This document shows, piece by piece, positions 19,830-29,872 of a DNA stretch of 32,000 nt. Location: contig NC_006576.1 of NCBI RefSeq assembly GCF_000010065.1, positions 120,001-152,000 of the forward strand, written 5' to 3'. Every line of letters starts with the position of its first letter. Position 1 is the stretch's first letter. Under the pieces are notes generated by a model. The model worked only from the letters and a program-made list of their open reading frames with translations, had not been told where the DNA came from and made no database searches. The stretch comes from Synechococcus elongatus PCC 6301 (GTDB taxonomy: Bacteria > Cyanobacteriota > Cyanobacteriia > Synechococcales > Synechococcaceae). The translations under genes and the position numbers were made by a program.

Positions 19830-19919
19830 GATTCAGAAATCCTGAAAGGTTAAGTCGAAAGGCTGGGGAGAAAGCTTTACGCAGCAACGCTCACTCCCCC
19901 AGCGATAGTCAGAGGCTCC

Positions 19920-21338
19920 TTAGAGCTTGTCCATCGTTTCGAATTCGAACTTGATCTCTTTCCAGAGGTCGAGGGCAGCAGCCAGTTCAGGCGACCACTT
20001 GCCAGCTTCACGAAGGATGTCGCCGCCTTCACGGTAGAGGTCGCGACCTTCGTTCCGAGCTTGGACGCAAGCTTCCAAGGCAACACGGTTCGCGGTTGCA
20101 CCAGGAGCATTACCCCAGGGGTGACCCAAGGTGCCGCCACCGAACTGGAGAACGGAGTCATCACCGAAGATTTCCACCAGTGCGGGCATGTGCCACACGT
20201 GGATACCACCGGAAGCAACCGGCAGCACGCCCGGCATCGACGCCCAATCTTGGGTGAAGAAGACCCCACGGCTGCGGTCAGCTTCGATGTGGTCTTCGCG
20301 CATCAAGTCAACAAAGCCCAAGGTCGAAGCTTTGTCGCCTTCCAGTTTGCCGACGACGGTGCCGGAGTGGAGGTGGTCACCACCGGACAGACGCAAACAC
20401 TTGGCCAAGACACGGAAGTGAATCCCGTGGTTACGCTGACGGTCGATCACCGCGTGCATTGCACGGTGGATGTGCAGCAGGACGCCGTTGTCGCGGCACC
20501 ATTTTGCCAAGGTGGTGTTGGCGGTGAAACCAGCCGTCAAGAAGTCATGCATGATGATCGGCATGCCGAGTTCTTTAGCGAACTCAGCCCGTTTCATCAT
20601 TTCTTCGCAGGTCGGCGCGGTCACGTTCAGGTAGTGACCTTTGATTTCACCGGTTTCTGCTTGCGATTTGTGGATTGCATCAGCCACAAACAGGAAGCGA
20701 TCGCGCCAGCGTTGGAACGGCTGCGAGTTGATGTTTTCGTCGTCTTTGGTGAAGTCCAGACCGCCGCGCAGACATTCGTAGACGGCACGACCGTAGTTTT
20801 TCGCCGACAGACCGAGTTTTGGTTTGATCGTGCAACCCAGCATCGGACGGCCGTACTTGTTCAGCAGGTCGCGCTCGACTTGGATACCGTGGGGAGGACC
20901 TTGGAAGGTTTTGACCAAGGCGACGGGGAAGCGGATGTCTTCCAGACGCAGCGAACGGATAGCTTTGAAGCCAAACACGTTACCGACGATCGAGGTCAGG
21001 ATGTTGGTGACCGACCCTTCTTCAAACAGGTCGAGCGGGTAAGCGATGAACGCAAAGTAGGAGTTCTCTTCGCCTTGCACCGGCTCGATGTGGTAGCACT
21101 TGCCTTTGTACCGATCCATGTCGGTCAGCAAGTCGGTCCACACGGTGGTCCAGGTACCGGTCGAAGATTCAGCCGCGATCGCCGCACCAGCTTCGTCAGC
21201 AGGGACACCCGGCTGAGGGCTGAAGCGGAAAGCCGCCAGCAGGTCAGTGTCTTTGGGGGTGTAATCGGGGGTGTAATAGGTGAGTTTGTAGTCCTTCACC
21301 CCGGCCTTATAGCCTGCGGCAGATTGCGTCTTGGGCAT
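19920..21338 (-). CDS. rbcL: Ribulose bisphosphate carboxylase large subunit (472 aa)
   Basis: [38 protein letters not shown]..., [20 protein letters not shown] at 21338; the ORF call to 21428 adds a spurious N-terminus. Confidence 0.99.
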
Positions 21339-21457
21339 GTCGTCTCTCCCTAGAGATATGTCAGATATGCTCGACGATTCAGGATTTCTGGCAGGGGGAG
21401 CCTGTAAAGCTGCAGTCCCACAGCGCAAGTCCAGCGGAGCATTCCGTTGCGACGGAC

Positions 21458-21505
21458 GCTTAATTCTTTTGTGGAGAATTAAGCCTTAGATTCCTCATGA
21501 ATCAA
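21458..21505 (-). promoter_or_regulatory. Candidate rbcL promoter with overlapping 10-bp inverted repeat
   Basis: Minus strand: TTGATT (21505-21500), 17-nt spacer, TTAATT (21482-21477). Inverted repeat GCTTAATTCT / AGAATTAAGC (21458-21467 / 21475-21484) covers the -10. Confidence 0.5.
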
Positions 21506-21620
21506 CCTATCATCAATCGGAACCATTTATTGAAGCCCAGAAGCGAGATTTGATTTGATTTGCTTAACGCTGGCTCATGCCCTGCTTATTGAAGATGAGG
21601 AGCGATCGCTGAACCATGGC

Positions 21621-21650
21621 AAAAGCCGCCTCCCGTCTAGCTTGAAGGCG
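21621..21650 (-). terminator. Weak candidate terminator downstream of ccmO
   Basis: Minus strand CGCCTTC-AAGCTAGACG-GGAGGCG then GCTTTT; 7-bp stem with one G-U. Confidence 0.35.
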
Positions 21651-21728
21651 TTGACATCACTCTGTACTTAGGTCTACTGAGTCCGAAACTTTCAGCCAAA
21701 AACCAAGGGAATTACAGTGCTTTTTCCA

Positions 21729-22559
21729 TCACTGATCATCACGAGGATTGGGGAGCTCTAAGGGCTCGGCGAGCGGTGTCTCTTGAGCCAATTCCAACGC
21801 AGACTGTCGCTCTTCTGCTAAAAGTCGCGGTGCTTCGATCGCGATCGGCTGCCGTTCGAGTTCCGGTAGCTCCAACAGCGGTTGTTTTTCGCGAACCCGC
21901 AGCGGTAATTGGAGTGGCTGGGCTGCTTCGCTATCCGACTGCGGCTCAGGCAAGCTGTCCATCAAGTCGTCTAGCGGTCTGGGAATGACCATGATTGCGT
22001 TGAGCTGGCCGATCCGCTCAGCGGCATACATCCCGGCTTCGACCGCAACGGTCACATTAGAAACCGTGCCTTGCACGATCGCAGTACAGAGACCGCTGCC
22101 CGTTTTCTCATAACAAATCAGCTTGACGTTAGCCGATTTGAGCATGGCATCGGCTGCTCCAACCAAAGCAGGGAACCCATTGGTCTCAATTAGCCCAATC
22201 GCGCCAACATTCTGATGCGATCGCGTGGCCATGGCTTCTTGGGAGAGCCGCCGGCTAATCGGCAACACGGCTTCGAGGTTGCCTTGAGGCCGCGGCAGAA
22301 TAGTGCTGGAAACGTACTGCTCAAACTGACGAGCTGTCGCTACGCCAGCCTCAAGAGCCAGCTTGATGTCGGCATAGCCACCCCGGATGATTGCTGTACA
22401 AAAGCCCGAGCCTGTTTTCTCATAGCCGATCAATGTGACATCGGCCGACTTGAGCATCATGTCTGCAGTGCCGACAACCGCTGGAAAACTACGGGTACAA
22501 ATGACCCCTAGTGCACCTGCATTGCGAGGCTGAGAATAGGCGGGAAGAGAAGCCGACAT
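21729..22559 (-). CDS. ccmO: Carboxysome shell protein with two BMC domains (CcmO)
   Basis: Two tandem BMC units: GALGVICTRSFPAVVGTADMMLKSADVTLIGYEKTGSGFCTAIIRG... and GAIGLIETNGFPALVGAADAMLKSANVKLICYEKTGSGLCTAIVQG.... ATG at 22559 preferred over TTG at 22565. Confidence 0.96.
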   Translation of the reverse strand: MSASLPAYSQPRNAGALGVICTRSFPAVVGTADMMLKSADVTLIGYEKTGSGFCTAIIRGGYADIKLALEAGVATARQFEQYVSSTILPRPQGNLEAVLPISRRLSQEAMATRSHQNVGAIGLIETNGFPALVGAADAMLKSANVKLICYEKTGSGLCTAIVQGTVSNVTVAVEAGMYAAERIGQLNAIMVIPRPLDDLMDSLPEPQSDSEAAQPLQLPLRVREKQPLLELPELERQPIAIEAPRLLAEERQSALELAQETPLAEPLELPNPRDDQ

Positions 22560-22600
22560 CAACAAAGTACCCTGCAGCTCCTAGAGCTGCTGTGCACATC

Positions 22601-23086
22601 TTAGCGATCGGGGAACATGCTCTGGCGCATCCGCAAAAACTGTTCCTTGCCGTAGACCTTAGTGGGGTGGGCGATTGCACTGGATTGAGGCGATCGCCCG
22701 GCGGGCTCGGAAGAGCTGACCGTCGCGGTTGTTGGGGGCGTTTCAGCACTCAACAAGCTGCCAGGCGCCGTGACACCGCCAGCCTCGATCGAGGTGTTAA
22801 CCAGAGTGGTGGATGCACCCAGGCAAGCCTGACGACCGACAATACTCTGGCCAACAATCAGCACTCCGGCAGCAAGCAAGGCTCCTGCTTGAATGATGAT
22901 TGCACCGCCGCGAGCGTGGATCACCGATCCAAGGCCAATACAGACGCCACTTGCGATCTCAATCCGGCTGTCGGCCTCCGCAATCAGCAACACCCCCGGA
23001 GCAATCACCACATCAGCAGCAATCGTGACCTCACCACTGGCAAAGTAGCGATCGCTGATCGGGGGCTCTAGGGGCGGTAGATGCAT
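22601..23086 (-). CDS. ccmN: Carboxysome assembly protein with left-handed beta-helix and encapsulation peptide (CcmN, 161 aa)
   Basis: Hexapeptide-like repeats (IAADVVIAPGVLLIAEADSRIEIASGVCIGLGSVIHA) and C-terminal amphipathic VYGKEQFLRMRQSMFPDR. ATG at 23086. Confidence 0.95.
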   Translation of the reverse strand: MHLPPLEPPISDRYFASGEVTIAADVVIAPGVLLIAEADSRIEIASGVCIGLGSVIHARGGAIIIQAGALLAAGVLIVGQSIVGRQACLGASTTLVNTSIEAGGVTAPGSLLSAETPPTTATVSSSEPAGRSPQSSAIAHPTKVYGKEQFLRMRQSMFPDR

Positions 23087-23121
23087 GAAGACAAGGGGCG
23101 ATCGCCGGATTCCCGGCACAG

Positions 23122-24096
23122 TTACGGCTTTTGAATCAACAGTTCAGCCACGCGACGACGAGCCGCAGGGTCAATCCCAATCAGGCGCACATACTTACCC
23201 TTGTGCTCTTGCAGAATTGACTCCAAAGCAGGCAAGACAGTTGCTTCGCTCCGGCCACTCAGAGCCGGCAAACTCTGCCAAGAGCTGGTTTGGAAGCGAC
23301 GCTTATCGGCGACTTCCGCACTGATCCGGTAGCCTTGGGCTAGCAGACCCCGAACCTGTCCAGCGACATCGCTCGAACTCGATCCATTTGAGGTGTAGCT
23401 GTGGCTGCTGGGCGTTGCCGAACTCACAGGTGCGGCGGCCGCTTTGGCGGAACCCACCGGTCCTTGGGGATCTTGGATCAGGGCTTCAAAAACACGACTG
23501 CGGCTAGCAGTGTCGATGCCCAGCAGGCGAACGTACTCACCTTCGTGCTCGCTCAGACAGTTTTCCAGTTCAGCCAGAACCTGGCGCTCATTCGAACTTT
23601 GAATCGGTGCGCAGGACTGCCAAGAGCTAGTCCGAAAGCGGCGCTTGTCTGCATGTTCCGTCCCAATCCGATAGCCTTGGGCTAAGAGGTTGCGGACTTT
23701 ATTGACCACTTCTGCTGAGAGGTTGCCGCTGACGCTGGCATAGCTGCTCTGACGGCCACCACCGGAAGCGACTGCCACCGGTTGGCTCCCCAGCGATTCA
23801 GGAACCGAACCATCGGGCCGTTGAATCAGGGCTTCAAAAACACGGCTGCGAGTATTGGTATCGATGCCGAGCAAGCGAACGTATTCACCTTCGTGTTCGC
23901 TCAGACAATTTTCCAGTTCGCTCAAGACCTGGCGCTCGTTCGTGCTTTGAATCGGCGCGCAGGGCTGCCAAGAGCTAGTCCGGAAGCGGCGCTTGTCCGC
24001 ATGTTCCGTCCCAATCCGATAGCCCTGGTTCAGCAAACTCCGGACTTGGGTGATGACTTCGGAACTGAGTCGGCCTTGGCCGTTATAAGCGCTCAC
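23122..24096 (-). CDS. ccmM: Internal translation product CcmM-35, three RbcS-like domains
   Basis: GTG codon 216 at 24096 ([10 protein letters not shown]) with upstream GAGG at SD spacing. The short form from an internal start is established for this protein. Confidence 0.8.
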   Translation of the reverse strand: MSAYNGQGRLSSEVITQVRSLLNQGYRIGTEHADKRRFRTSSWQPCAPIQSTNERQVLSELENCLSEHEGEYVRLLGIDTNTRSRVFEALIQRPDGSVPESLGSQPVAVASGGGRQSSYASVSGNLSAEVVNKVRNLLAQGYRIGTEHADKRRFRTSSWQSCAPIQSSNERQVLAELENCLSEHEGEYVRLLGIDTASRSRVFEALIQDPQGPVGSAKAAAAPVSSATPSSHSYTSNGSSSSDVAGQVRGLLAQGYRISAEVADKRRFQTSSWQSLPALSGRSEATVLPALESILQEHKGKYVRLIGIDPAARRRVAELLIQKP

Positions 24097-24741
24097 GGTC
24101 GTTGCCTCGCTAGACGATGGACGAAGTGGAGAAGGAGTTGGCGTGGAGTGGAAATCAGCAGTAGCTGCTGGAGTAGACCGGACAATCACTGGAGGTGAGC
24201 CAATGATGTGGCGGGCAAATTCCCGATCTTCCGGGCGAACCTCGGGTAGGCGATCGGCCTGCTGCTGGGTCGTGATGATTGCTCCAGAAGGAACATAGCG
24301 ACCGGGAGGAATCTCTACGTCTTGGACAAGGGCGTGCATCATGATTACCGAACCGGCCCCAACACGAGCGTTGAAGACGGTGGATCGGAAACCGACGAAG
24401 CAGTCATCTCCGAGATAGGCCGGGCCATGGATGAGTGCTTTGTGAGTAATCGCGACTCGCTGGCCTATCCAGACGGAATAGTCCGCTTGGTCATCGCCCA
24501 AGACACGACCATATTCCAAGCCGTGGATGACAGCGCCCTCTTGCAGGATGCTTTCTTTCCCGACTTGGAATGGTGCGCCTTCGTCAGCACGGATCGAAAC
24601 CCCCGCTGCAACGCGGACTCCCGCTGCGATACGTACGTCGCCGATGATGCTGGCGATCGCATGAACCTGAGCAGCCGGATCAATATAAGGCTCAGCCAAC
24701 CGACCCGCCGTAGCAACGGGGACCGTTGTTGGGCTCGGCAT
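23122..24741 (-). CDS. ccmM: Carboxysome scaffold protein with gamma-CA-like domain and three RbcS-like domains (CcmM, M58)
   Basis: 539 aa; N-terminal gamma-CA hexapeptide fold ([33 protein letters not shown]...) and three SSLD repeats ([20 protein letters not shown]...YVRLLGID). Confidence 0.98.
   Translation of the reverse strand: MPSPTTVPVATAGRLAEPYIDPAAQVHAIASIIGDVRIAAGVRVAAGVSIRADEGAPFQVGKESILQEGAVIHGLEYGRVLGDDQADYSVWIGQRVAITHKALIHGPAYLGDDCFVGFRSTVFNARVGAGSVIMMHALVQDVEIPPGRYVPSGAIITTQQQADRLPEVRPEDREFARHIIGSPPVIVRSTPAATADFHSTPTPSPLRPSSSEATTVSAYNGQGRLSSEVITQVRSLLNQGYRIGTEHADKRRFRTSSWQPCAPIQSTNERQVLSELENCLSEHEGEYVRLLGIDTNTRSRVFEALIQRPDGSVPESLGSQPVAVASGGGRQSSYASVSGNLSAEVVNKVRNLLAQGYRIGTEHADKRRFRTSSWQSCAPIQSSNERQVLAELENCLSEHEGEYVRLLGIDTASRSRVFEALIQDPQGPVGSAKAAAAPVSSATPSSHSYTSNGSSSSDVAGQVRGLLAQGYRISAEVADKRRFQTSSWQSLPALSGRSEATVLPALESILQEHKGKYVRLIGIDPAARRRVAELLIQKP
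23125..23382 (-). repeat. RbcS-like domain repeat 3 of CcmM, the most divergent
   Basis: [85 protein letters not shown] (boundaries approximate). Confidence 0.88.
23467..23721 (-). repeat. RbcS-like domain repeat 2 of CcmM
   Basis: [85 protein letters not shown] (boundaries approximate). Confidence 0.9.
23815..24069 (-). repeat. RbcS-like domain repeat 1 of CcmM
   Basis: [85 protein letters not shown] (boundaries approximate). Confidence 0.9.
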
Positions 24742-24806
24742 TCTCTAACCTCCCAAGCCTGGGCTCAATCCAGATCAATGACCAGCAGGGATTCAATCCC
24801 TGCCCA

Positions 24807-25106
24807 TTAGCTGTGCTCGCGTTTGTCGTAGACGGAGCGGTTTTCCACGTTGACCGTATCGATGATGGCAATGACAGCTGCATCAACCGGTCGTTCCTGA
24901 CAATCGCGCACATGGCGCGCTTGACTGCCGCGGCTAATCAACACCCACTCGTCAACGCCAGCGCCAACCATGTCAGCAGCAACCTCATACTCTTGAAGTG
25001 CCTGTCCAGCCTCATCCAAGAACTGAACAACCAAGAACTTTACCCCTTGCAGGCTGGGCTCTTTGTAGGTACTGACTACGGTTCCGCGAACCTTAGCAAT
25101 GCGCAT
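24807..25106 (-). CDS. ccmL: Carboxysome pentameric vertex protein (CcmL, 99 aa)
   Basis: MRIAKVRGTVVSTYKEPSLQGVKFLVVQFLDEAGQALQEYEVAADMVGAGVDEWVLISRGSQAR. ATG at 25106. Confidence 0.97.
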   Translation of the reverse strand: MRIAKVRGTVVSTYKEPSLQGVKFLVVQFLDEAGQALQEYEVAADMVGAGVDEWVLISRGSQARHVRDCQERPVDAAVIAIIDTVNVENRSVYDKREHS

Positions 25107-25220
25107 GCTGATCTCACATCGACGGCACAACAGGACAGCCGACCATCGAAGAACAGACAAACAAATCTGCCAAGGTGCATCTTGAAAGACTCACCTAAAG
25201 AGTCGGCAATCAAGATGAAA

Positions 25221-25246
25221 GGGCTATTGAAACGACTCAACAGCCC
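25221..25246 (-). promoter_or_regulatory. Intercistronic hairpin between ccmK and ccmL
   Basis: Minus strand GGGCTGTTGA-GTCGTT-TCAATAGCCC (10-bp stem, one G-U) then TTTC, starting 6 nt after the ccmK stop. Confidence 0.55.
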
Positions 25247-25252
25247 TCAACC

Positions 25253-25561
25253 TTACATGCGGAATTGTTCAACAGCTTCGGTGTAGCGAATCGGGAGAAC
25301 GTATTCCAAGTTCTCGTGGGGACGCGCAATGATGTGGTGCGACAGCACTTCACCACCGGCAACCCGTTTCGCCGAATCGAGACCCGCAGAGACAGAAGCT
25401 TGAACTTCCGAAACGTCTCCCCGGACAATGACAGTGACGCGGCCGCTGCCAATCTTCTCATAGCCAACCAGCGTGACACGCGCTGCTTTGACCATCGCGT
25501 CAGCTGCTTCCACAACAGCCGGGAAGCCCAGGGTCTCGATCATTCCAACCGCAATAGGCAT
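25253..25561 (-). CDS. ccmK: Carboxysome hexameric shell protein (CcmK/CcmK2, 102 aa)
   Basis: [57 protein letters not shown] is a single BMC domain. Confidence 0.98.
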   Translation of the reverse strand: MPIAVGMIETLGFPAVVEAADAMVKAARVTLVGYEKIGSGRVTVIVRGDVSEVQASVSAGLDSAKRVAGGEVLSHHIIARPHENLEYVLPIRYTEAVEQFRM

Positions 25562-25662
25562 GAGTCCACGTCCTTTAAAAAAGTCGAGTCAGTCTCTAGC
25601 AAGAAGCAAACAAATGTGACTCAAGTGAATCAGCTTGAGGTTTCAGGATGCTTCAATCGCTC

Positions 25663-25703
25663 TCTAATCAAAAGATTAGATTGATGGGGATCTATTGACA
25701 ATA
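25663..25703 (-). promoter_or_regulatory. Candidate ccm operon promoter with inverted repeat over the -10
   Basis: Minus strand: TTGTCA (25701-25696), 17-nt spacer, TAATCT (25678-25673). Perfect TCTAATC-AAAA-GATTAGA inverted repeat at 25663-25680 covers the -10. Confidence 0.55.
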
Positions 25704-25890
25704 TTTAAGCTGATGGTGATTTTCGATTAACCTCATCAGCAAAACTAATCGCCCCCATCGGATTCGGGCACAGATGATGCCCTGGTTTCTGGGCGACTGA
25801 ACGAGAAGTTCAACCCCGGAAACCCTCAATAGTTTCTCATGAGTAGGTCCGCGATCGCACAGCAACTTTGGCCGGGCGATCGCAGTAGGT

Positions 25891-27345
<1,455 letters not shown>

Positions 27346-27354
27346 TCAGTCGCA

Positions 27355-28215
27355 CTACACCAGCAACGCTTCAGGTGCGATCGCTTCCGTAGTCTGTTTG
27401 GGTGGATTGAGATAGAAGTCAGATAACAAGCTGAACAAGTCACGATCGGCTGCATCCTTGGGAACAACGCCCTCTGGTCTTGCGAGGATTTGATCCGCAA
27501 TGTTCAGGTAGTAATCACAGACTGTGAGTAGGCTGGGTTCAGTTTCAGCCATCTCAAAGACAGTTTTTCCTTTCACTCGAGAAATACGGATATCTTCAAT
27601 CAGCGGAAGAACTTCTAGCACGGGCATCGGGACCGCTTCGATGTATTTATCGATTAGATCACGTTTACTAGTTCGATTGCCAATCAATCCAGCTAGTCGC
27701 AGGGTATGCGTCCGTGCTTTTTCCCGCACTGAGGCGGCAATCCGATTGGCAGCGAAGAGCGCATCAAAGCCATTATCTGTGATGATTAAGCAGTAGTCAG
27801 AATAGTTCAGTGGTGCCGCAAATCCACCACAAACGACATCTCCCAAAACATCAAAAAGAATGACATCGTACTCATCAAAGGCATTGAGCTCTTTGAGTAG
27901 TTTGACGGTTTCGCCAACCACATAACCGCCACAGCCTGCACCAGCTGGTGGACCGCCCGCTTCAACGCAGTCCACGCCACCATAGCCGCGATAAATTACA
28001 TCTTCAGGCCAGACATCTTCGTAGTGATAATCCTTGGCTTGCAGGGTATCGATGATGGTGGGAATTAAAAAGCCCGTCAGGGTGAACGTACTGTCGTGCT
28101 TGGGGTCACAACCGATTTGCAGCACCTTCTTACCACGTCTGGCTAAAGCGACAGAAATATTGCAACTGGTGGTTGATTTTCCGATACCACCTTTGCCATA
28201 AACCGAAAGTTTCAC
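27355..28215 (-). CDS. chlL: Light-independent protochlorophyllide reductase iron-sulfur ATP-binding protein L
   Basis: [48 protein letters not shown], NifH-like. Confidence 0.98.
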   Translation of the reverse strand: MKLSVYGKGGIGKSTTSCNISVALARRGKKVLQIGCDPKHDSTFTLTGFLIPTIIDTLQAKDYHYEDVWPEDVIYRGYGGVDCVEAGGPPAGAGCGGYVVGETVKLLKELNAFDEYDVILFDVLGDVVCGGFAAPLNYSDYCLIITDNGFDALFAANRIAASVREKARTHTLRLAGLIGNRTSKRDLIDKYIEAVPMPVLEVLPLIEDIRISRVKGKTVFEMAETEPSLLTVCDYYLNIADQILARPEGVVPKDAADRDLFSLLSDFYLNPPKQTTEAIAPEALLV

Positions 28216-28613
28216 GGGTGCGACTCCTTGGCTGTTAGCCTCGATAGCCCAGCGTGAGCGGTGCTATCTGAGCGGGGATGCCTGCATTATCAAGTTGCTA
28301 TGCCTAGGGCTGCTGGTTTAAAAGCTTGATTTAACGCTTCAAATCAATATTTAAAAGTTCTTGAATAGTAATGGCTCCTTTCAACGGCTTTAGGATAAAT
28401 CGAAAATCAATTGAACAACCTTGCTTTAGATTGAAACAGTATCTATAAACAATAAACAAAAAGTAAATTTCAGCCAAAATCTAGGAATTTTTAAGGGCCA
28501 ATGACTGGCTGACAGAGGGCTCAAGATCGTTACTTGCCTGAATTCGTAGCGATCGCTGCTCAAAGCAGTGATTTGATAAAAATAGTGAATTTTCTCGATT
28601 GAGGCGGCAGTCC

Positions 28614-28820
28614 ATGACCGCAAGCGATCGCCAGTTATCTGAAGCGGAGCTGCTCACCTTGCAGGCTGATCCGATCGCAACGCTGCAATTCTTGCTGGCA
28701 GAAGCAGCGTTACCCAATTCTGAGACAGCGGCAATACTCCAGCTGGCGCAGGCACTCAGGGCTGAATTTCAAACTGCTACTCCAGAGGCGATCGCTCACC
28801 TTACCCCTAAGGCAGATTAA
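28614..28820 (+). CDS. Small hypothetical protein (68 aa)
   Basis: [68 protein letters not shown]; coherent helical composition and no competing gene. Confidence 0.5.
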   Translation: MTASDRQLSEAELLTLQADPIATLQFLLAEAALPNSETAAILQLAQALRAEFQTATPEAIAHLTPKAD

Positions 28821-29872
28821 GGCTGAGGGGTAGGGGCTGGCTGCTGCGTGGGCGGTGAACTCGTTGAGGGACGTGTGGGCGGATTGGTGGCTGCTGGCGG
28901 CGTCGCAGGTTCTGGCGCTTGCTGCGATCGCAGGACCTGAGCCGCAGATTGTCCTTCCCCTTGGAAACCGATGTACCAGAGAGCAGCGGCAGCCTCAGCT
29001 CGAGTCACTGGCTTTCGCGGCTGGAAGAGTTGAGTGAAGCCAAAAACGCGCCGAATGATGCTTTGGGTTCCATTGTCGTCATCGGCCAACAGTGCCCGCT
29101 GCAGCCGTGGATCTAGCCCGTTGGTATCCTGAAAGCCCCAGCTCGCGGCTAACTTTTCTGGGGTTGCCGTCGGTAGTGTTTGGCGATGGTCGAGGGGGAC
29201 TTTCCAGAGCAGTAAGTCAGCACGGGTCAGAGGAGCCTCAGGCTGGAAGCGGGTTGCAGCCGTATCGCCACTGAGGCGGCTGGGGAGAGTTCCCGCTTCA
29301 GCCAATGATTGAATGGCGATGAAGTCTGGGTTGCTGGTGGGAACGTCCGTGTAAATTGGCGGACTATCGGCGATCGCCAGCCGAATTTGGCGACCTGGGT
29401 CGTCCTCAAAGAAACGGTTGTTGACAGCGAGCAACCAGCGCGCAAAAGTACCGCGATCGATCGGCTGATTGGGGTCAAACCGACCTTGGCGATCGCCCGG
29501 GGTATCAAGCACCCCTAGTTCGATCATCTCCTCCACTTGGCTGCGGAGAGCAGTAGGAATCTGATCCAGATCCGTGAAACTGCTGAGGGCCGGCGGACTT
29601 GGGGCTGGCGTTGACGGTGCTGGATTGGTCGGAGACGGGGGCGTTGTAGGAGCGCCAGAAGTGCCAGTTCCGTTCTCCGGTCGCTCAAAAGACTGCTGCA
29701 GTGACTGGCCAAAGGGCGTGCCACTACAGGCTTGGAGCGCAATCGTCAGGAAGCCCAGCGCGATCGCAGGCCGAAGTCGATACCCAGACAGATGTCGCAC
29801 AGTGTTAGCGGCTCGTAGTCCGACGAGTCGTGGTTTTCTTAGTCGTTTTGGTTGTTCGGGCTTTCGTTTCAC
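28817..29872 (-). CDS. Putative lipoprotein with SLH-like domains
   Basis: [17 protein letters not shown] lipobox-like N-terminus; SLH-like [52 protein letters not shown]; Pro/Thr-rich linkers. GTG at 29800 is an alternative start just after the topA stop. Confidence 0.8.
   Translation of the reverse strand: MKRKPEQPKRLRKPRLVGLRAANTVRHLSGYRLRPAIALGFLTIALQACSGTPFGQSLQQSFERPENGTGTSGAPTTPPSPTNPAPSTPAPSPPALSSFTDLDQIPTALRSQVEEMIELGVLDTPGDRQGRFDPNQPIDRGTFARWLLAVNNRFFEDDPGRQIRLAIADSPPIYTDVPTSNPDFIAIQSLAEAGTLPSRLSGDTAATRFQPEAPLTRADLLLWKVPLDHRQTLPTATPEKLAASWGFQDTNGLDPRLQRALLADDDNGTQSIIRRVFGFTQLFQPRKPVTRAEAAAALWYIGFQGEGQSAAQVLRSQQAPEPATPPAATNPPTRPSTSSPPTQQPAPTPQP

Noticed and set aside
20061-21353. 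430-aa ORF on + strand, antisense to rbcL
   Set aside because: Shadow ORF from codon bias of the highly expressed rbcL on the other strand; its protein is low-plausibility (HLV/DVQ-rich, no domain).
22511-23071. 186-aa + strand ORF antisense to ccmN
   Set aside because: ccmN is strongly supported on the - strand, including the encapsulation peptide; the antisense product has no recognisable features.
23125-24069. Spaced DNA repeats considered as a CRISPR-like array
   Set aside because: They are in-frame protein domain repeats of ~255 nt in ccmM; no short palindromic direct repeats or cas genes.
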